A stretch of 64,000 bases of DNA from Microgenomates group bacterium GW2011_GWC1_46_15 (GTDB lineage Bacteria > Patescibacteriota > Microgenomatia > UBA1400 > UBA12028), in assembly GCA_001002285.1 (NCBI GenBank), contig LCLX01000002.1:67827-131826 (forward strand), written 5' to 3'. A program made the translations under genes and the position numbers. The notes beneath the pieces are model-generated. The model was given only the letters and a program-made list of their open reading frames with translations. It was not told the origin of the DNA and made no database searches. Below are positions 59,679 through 64,000 of the stretch, piece after piece. The stretch's first letter is position 1. Every line of letters starts with the position of its first letter.

Positions 59679-60062
59679 CTACGTATGTCTGAAATCTAGC
59701 GGGCTAAGAACCTTCAATTGCATTGCTCGTGCAGTTTCTTCCGTATCGGCAGGCCGATCGGGATTTCTTTCTCCATTTTTGCTCCATTGAAGCCGTGCCA
59801 ATTCCCGAAGCTCCTCAAGCTGATCTAATGTTATTTCGTTTAATTCAGCGGCCAACATAGCTTCTTCCATACCAGTAAGGATAGTACTGTAGAATCCAGG
59901 AGACCAAATTATTCCCCCTAAATATCGCGTATATGTAGCTTGTTCCGGCGTTCCTCCCCAATCTTTCATAACAAATTCGTGAATGGGTCCATGAGCGGTT
60001 TGAATAATTCCTTCACCAGTATGTGCCGCATTGAGTTGTTCAAGAATGTCTCCCTTTCCCAT
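59679..60062 (-). CDS. Hypothetical protein
   Basis: 127 aa; strong SD AAGGAGG. Confidence 0.6.
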   Translation of the reverse strand: MGKGDILEQLNAAHTGEGIIQTAHGPIHEFVMKDWGGTPEQATYTRYLGGIIWSPGFYSTILTGMEEAMLAAELNEITLDQLEELRELARLQWSKNGERNPDRPADTEETARAMQLKVLSPLDFRHT

Positions 60063-60115
60063 ATTCCTCCTTTTTACCTATACTTCGCACTATTGTACTC
60101 TTTTCATTACTATTT

Positions 60116-60409
60116 TCAATTCATATACACCGTGTTCTCTTTAGACTCCGGCGGAATAGTAAAACACACAAAAACCACTTCTTTCTTTGAATCATTTACC
60201 CCCTCGTGGATTTGGTTTTTCTTACGAAGGTAGAGTTTTCCCTGCTTGTGTGTTTCGCAGTTTCCTTTCAGCACACACTCAATCTCTATTCCTTTATGGA
60301 AATGTTTGGGCTCACTTCTCCCTGGTTTCATCCAGTACACATAACAGGAGCAAAAAGCATTGTAGAAAATTTTCTTACTTTTTCGATACGGGCTTGTGGT
60401 GTTTGACAT
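60116..60409 (-). CDS. Small cupin-domain protein
   Basis: KPG..EPKHFH..IE.E.VLKG...IHEGVN cupin motifs. Confidence 0.75.
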   Translation of the reverse strand: MSNTTSPYRKSKKIFYNAFCSCYVYWMKPGRSEPKHFHKGIEIECVLKGNCETHKQGKLYLRKKNQIHEGVNDSKKEVVFVCFTIPPESKENTVYMN

Positions 60410-60972
60410 TATGGTGCTTTCAATCCCCTCAGTATTTTTTCTATAATTTCATGTTGATTTGCCAATTCTTTTTTGCATATGCTGAGGCTTAATAAACCCC
60501 ATTTTTCAGTGACTTTTTTATCAAGAAGTGTCACCAAATCGGAAAAAGGCATGCTCCTTATATATCTCATTGCATAAGAAAACCCCTTAATGGAAACAAA
60601 TCGATAACAATCTGCATTGCAACAGATTTCCGACTCTAATGAGTAAAATTTTTGAGTACCATGATGCTCTGAGATACAGTGGCGGATGTTTTCTTTTACT
60701 TCGTTTGAAACTATAGATTGATCGAGTATTTTATTCGCTTTAGCCAGTGACATTGCAATATGCTCTTCCAATTTTCCCGCTCGAATAGCCTGACCAATGA
60801 GACAGTCCATCAGAAGAGTTCCTGCCTCGACAATATTAACATTCGCCCTTAGTTTTTTTGCCAGTTTCTTACCAACTTCACGAGCCAAATCAACGTGAAA
60901 TTTTACTGGCATGCCGGTTTTTTCAACTTCGTCATATGCTAGTTTTCTTGTTTGAACTAAAAAATCCCTCAC
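60409..60972 (-). CDS. HD-domain-like protein (HD replaced by MD)
   Basis: FHV, AGTLLMDC, EHHG, CNADC; probable GTG start just after the hpf stop (alternative ATG at 60996). Confidence 0.65.
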   Translation of the reverse strand: MRDFLVQTRKLAYDEVEKTGMPVKFHVDLAREVGKKLAKKLRANVNIVEAGTLLMDCLIGQAIRAGKLEEHIAMSLAKANKILDQSIVSNEVKENIRHCISEHHGTQKFYSLESEICCNADCYRFVSIKGFSYAMRYIRSMPFSDLVTLLDKKVTEKWGLLSLSICKKELANQHEIIEKILRGLKAP

Positions 60973-60973
60973 G

Positions 60974-61282
60974 TCATCTCCTCTTCCTCTCTCCATCCTC
61001 CCGCCGGAATTTTTCTTCAACTTTTGAGTACACACGGAAAAATGCCTGATATAAATTTGCTCCAATTTCTTTAAACGCAAACCGCCGGCCTTTAACTTCG
61101 GTAATCACCTCTACTGTCGCATCGCTGGTATTTCTCCCCTTGCGCTTTACGCGGTCAACAACAACTTCAACATTCCGCACTCCAAGCGAAGGAAACTTTT
61201 GGAGGCGTGCAAGCTTTTCTCGGAAGAACTGCTTGACCTGTTCTGTCAACTCTACGGTTTTTGATGACAGCATGATGTTCAT
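60974..61282 (-). CDS. Ribosome hibernation factor HPF/RaiA (short)
   Basis: MNIMLSSKTVELTEQVKQFFREKLARL...NLYQAF; SD AAGGAGG. Confidence 0.75.
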   Translation of the reverse strand: MNIMLSSKTVELTEQVKQFFREKLARLQKFPSLGVRNVEVVVDRVKRKGRNTSDATVEVITEVKGRRFAFKEIGANLYQAFFRVYSKVEEKFRREDGERKRR

Positions 61283-61316
61283 GCAGCCTCCTTTCTTCCA
61301 CGTATATTCTGTCCAC

Positions 61317-61922
61317 CTACGCCATTTCCCGCCGACCCTCCATCGCGCGCGCAATCGTCGTGCCATCGGCATACTCAATGTCCGCACCAATCGGCAGTCC
61401 GTGGCCAATGCGCGTGATGGTGATGTGCTTTGCGTTCGCTGTTTCGGTTAACAATTGGCGAATGTACATTGCGGTCGCCTCCCCTTCCATTGTAGGATTC
61501 GTTGCCAAAATGACCTCGTGGACTCCGGCAAGGCGCTGCGTGATGTCGTTCAAATAGAGTTGATCCGGTCCAATATTATTCAGTGGTGAAATTGCGCCAT
61601 GCAGGACATGGTACAAGCCAGTGTAGTGGCCAGAGCGTTCGATCGCGAGCACGTCTAGCGGTTGTTCAACGACACACAACAATGACACATCGCGGGAAGA
61701 ATCATCGCACACATCGCACAACTCATTTTCGCCCACATTGTGGCACTGCGAACACAGTGTTGTTTGCCGCTTCATCGCAACAAGCGCGTCGGCAAACTTT
61801 TGGACTTCGGGTTCCGGCACATGGAGTAAATAAAATGTCAGCCGTTGCGCGGACTTTGGCCCTACTCCCGGCAGTTTTTCAAATTGATGAATGAGCGCCT
61901 GAATAGACCGCGGAAGTTTCAT
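61317..61922 (-). CDS. recR: Recombination protein RecR
   Basis: LPGVGPKSAQR, C4 Zn finger, YHVLHG, ATNPTMEGEAT. Confidence 0.96.
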   Translation of the reverse strand: MKLPRSIQALIHQFEKLPGVGPKSAQRLTFYLLHVPEPEVQKFADALVAMKRQTTLCSQCHNVGENELCDVCDDSSRDVSLLCVVEQPLDVLAIERSGHYTGLYHVLHGAISPLNNIGPDQLYLNDITQRLAGVHEVILATNPTMEGEATAMYIRQLLTETANAKHITITRIGHGLPIGADIEYADGTTIARAMEGRREMA

Positions 61923-61962
61923 GTGTGTATTATGCACTATTTTTGAGAAAATGCGGTCGGGA

Positions 61963-62250
61963 TTACTGTCCCCCGCCACCAAGCAAACCACCCAAACCAC
62001 CACTCATTTGCTGAAGTTTTTTCGCGGCAAGTTCCTGCGATTTTTTAATGGCTTTGTTGAGCACATTCACCGCGTCTTCGCTGGTAATACCTTGAACGCT
62101 GAAATGTTTAATTTTTTGTGAACCGGAAATGACCACGCGGATATCGCCCTCTTCAACAACAATCTCCTCTGCTTCCAGCTGCTGCTGCATTTGGATTGCC
62201 TGTTGGCGAAGTTTGTTCAAATCACCAAGTTTACCGAGTACGTTTGCCAT
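61963..62250 (-). CDS. YbaB/EbfC nucleoid-associated protein
   Basis: QAIQMQQQLE..IRVVISGSQKI; located between dnaX and recR. Confidence 0.85.
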   Translation of the reverse strand: MANVLGKLGDLNKLRQQAIQMQQQLEAEEIVVEEGDIRVVISGSQKIKHFSVQGITSEDAVNVLNKAIKKSQELAAKKLQQMSGGLGGLLGGGGQ

Positions 62251-62330
62251 AGTTCACTCCTTTTATATGTTTGCGTATGTGTATAGATTTGCGCGATAAC
62301 AGGGGTAGTATAACACATCAAGTGAGTGCT

Positions 62331-62630
62331 CTAGATATTTCTGTGTAACGGAATACCTTGTGGACGTTTTCCCCTTTTTATCAACTCTTGATCTTTTTGA
62401 GACCAATCATCCAATTGAACACCAGATGGGTTTTTAAGCAACTCTTTTTCCCGTGCATCACGAATCAACGTCGCAGCAACAGATATTGGAAGCATCGGAA
62501 AACTTTCAATTGTTGATCCTTGGGGGGGTCCTTCTGCCTCTATTCCAACACGAATTTGTCTCAACTTCGCTTCAATTGCCGCAAAAGGGTGTGTGAAACA
62601 AAATAATACTTCTCTTGTATGTGTAATCAT
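62331..62630 (-). CDS. Hypothetical protein
   Basis: 99-aa AT-rich ORF inserted between dnaX and ybaB. Confidence 0.5.
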   Translation of the reverse strand: MITHTREVLFCFTHPFAAIEAKLRQIRVGIEAEGPPQGSTIESFPMLPISVAATLIRDAREKELLKNPSGVQLDDWSQKDQELIKRGKRPQGIPLHRNI

Positions 62631-62662
62631 TATTAAAAAGTATTATACGCTCTTGCCCTTTT

Positions 62663-64000
62663 TTACCCCGCAAACACTTCCTCTGCCGCCTGCACTAATT
62701 TTGCGTCCTCCTCTTTTTTCTCTGCAACGGGCTCCTTTGGTTTCTTTTTCCCAAGCACAAACTTGAGCGTTGCTTTGCTCACACCACACGTTTCGCGGAT
62801 CACTTTTTCTAAGATATGGCGATGTTTTTCCTGTTCGAGTTGTTCTTTATGGAAAGGATAAAATACTTCAATCGTAACGGCAGACCCGTTCGTTTCCATG
62901 GGGCGGGTAGCGCGGAGCAAAGCTTCAACTGTTGCATTCGTTTGCTTAATCGCTTTCAACACAATGGGCCAATTCAATTGAAGCACTTCAAAGTTGAGCG
63001 AACCCGTGAGTGGCTCTTCGGTTTGTTTTGGAGGTGGCTCCACAGTTGGTGAAGGTGACGCCAGTGTCGGTGTTGAAGTTGACGTTGGATTTTTTTCGCG
63101 TGGTTTTTCAACATGCTCATGTCCCTCTTCTTCCACTATGTGCTCACCACCCCCACCCTCTAGGCATAACGATAAACACGCGAGTTCAAACGGGAGATAC
63201 GGGAACGGAAGCAGTGCGTCGGGGGAAACATTCAACACTGCTAATATATGCTGATACACACGTGATTTTTCAAGAACTTTTTCTTCAACCGCACGCACCA
63301 TCTCCTCGTGCATCATCGCCAATACCGTTTTTTGCACATACGAGAGATCTCTGTCGTTTTGCTGGGCAACCTGAAATACCGTACTCACAGCTTGCGCGTC
63401 ACGTTTCGTGATTGCCTCAATCAACTGCTTTGCCACTGCACTATCGGCGCCGCCAGAAGTCTTGAGATCATCTATGCTAATTTTTGTTTTCCCCTGAGCA
63501 ACATGCTCCAATAACTTCACCGCGTCACGGAAACTTCCTTCGGCCCGCTTGGCAATATCCATCAGCACACTTTCTCCCGCCGTAATGTGTTCGACATCTA
63601 CAATATGCTGTAACGCAGACACAATATGCTCGGGCAGGGCGCGCTGGAACTGCACGAGAACGCACCGGGAGATAATGGTTTCCGGAACTTTATGCAGTTC
63701 GGTGGTCGCAAGAACAAACACCACATGCGCCGGTGGCTCCTCGAGCACCTTCAGGAGTGCGTTAAAGGCCTCGGTCGTGAGCATGTGCACTTCATCAATA
63801 ATGTACACAGAAACCAACCCGTCGCTTGGAGCAAGATACACGCGTTCGCGCAGAGCACGGATATCATCAATGCCACGATTACTGGCGGCATCAAGTTCGG
63901 TGACGCAAAAACTGTTGCCTCTCGTGATTGCAAGACACCGAGGACACGCGCCGCATGGTTCACCAAATGCGTGGCCAGCTTTGTGATCGGCACTCTTAAG
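62663..64000 (-). CDS. dnaX: DNA polymerase III gamma/tau subunit (partial, 5' end beyond the window)
   Basis: Frame is open to the window edge: PCGACPRC, ELDAASNRGID, IIDEVHML, FNALLK.LEEPP, SRC, GSFRDA. Confidence 0.95.
   Translation of the reverse strand, partial: LKSADHKAGHAFGEPCGACPRCLAITRGNSFCVTELDAASNRGIDDIRALRERVYLAPSDGLVSVYIIDEVHMLTTEAFNALLKVLEEPPAHVVFVLATTELHKVPETIISRCVLVQFQRALPEHIVSALQHIVDVEHITAGESVLMDIAKRAEGSFRDAVKLLEHVAQGKTKISIDDLKTSGGADSAVAKQLIEAITKRDAQAVSTVFQVAQQNDRDLSYVQKTVLAMMHEEMVRAVEEKVLEKSRVYQHILAVLNVSPDALLPFPYLPFELACLSLCLEGGGGEHIVEEEGHEHVEKPREKNPTSTSTPTLASPSPTVEPPPKQTEEPLTGSLNFEVLQLNWPIVLKAIKQTNATVEALLRATRPMETNGSAVTIEVFYPFHKEQLEQEKHRHILEKVIRETCGVSKATLKFVLGKKKPKEPVAEKKEEDAKLVQAAEEVFAG

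Noticed and set aside
1-64000. CRISPR array, diversity-generating retroelement, IS or prophage
   Set aside because: No regularly spaced repeats, reverse transcriptase, TR/VR pair, transposase or phage structural genes were seen by eye.
1-64000. Alternative genetic code (UGA=Gly)
   Set aside because: Conserved genes translate full length in code 11 and several end in TGA (cysS, murL, yebC).

Overview
This is a chromosomal segment of a small-genome monoderm bacterium. Gene content and style suggest Patescibacteria/CPR, Microgenomates-like (inference: type IV pilus locus without a secretin, trimmed HolB/YebC/RF1, many short orphans). It holds a complete pil locus (1-12.6 kb); holB-gyrB(intein)-ppa-gyrA; a Xer-type recombinase preceded by a CIRCE operator with dif-like sites nearby; tgt/queA; murL-murD2; lgt-dksA-lspA-rluD; tRNA-Leu(CAA); dnaB(intein); hisS; rpmE-prfA; htrA/ctpA; rpsF-ssb-rpsR; ychF; cysS with a coupled divergent IMPDH-like gene; and hpf, recR, ybaB and dnaX. 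The best new signal is a non-coding T-box-type riboswitch at about 45020-45296 upstream of hisS. It has an ultra-short Stem I showing a CAC (His) codon in its apical loop, a UGGG-ACC bulge that matches the C73 discriminator of tRNA-His, and a terminator/antiterminator pair. Other signals are pervasive leaderless-type promoters, a Cys-rich tail on PPase, a TGT with an altered pocket and a Cys-free DksA. I saw no CRISPR array, transposase or reverse transcriptase. Many start codons were moved from the supplied ORF track. All assignments come from motif recognition by eye; no searches were run.
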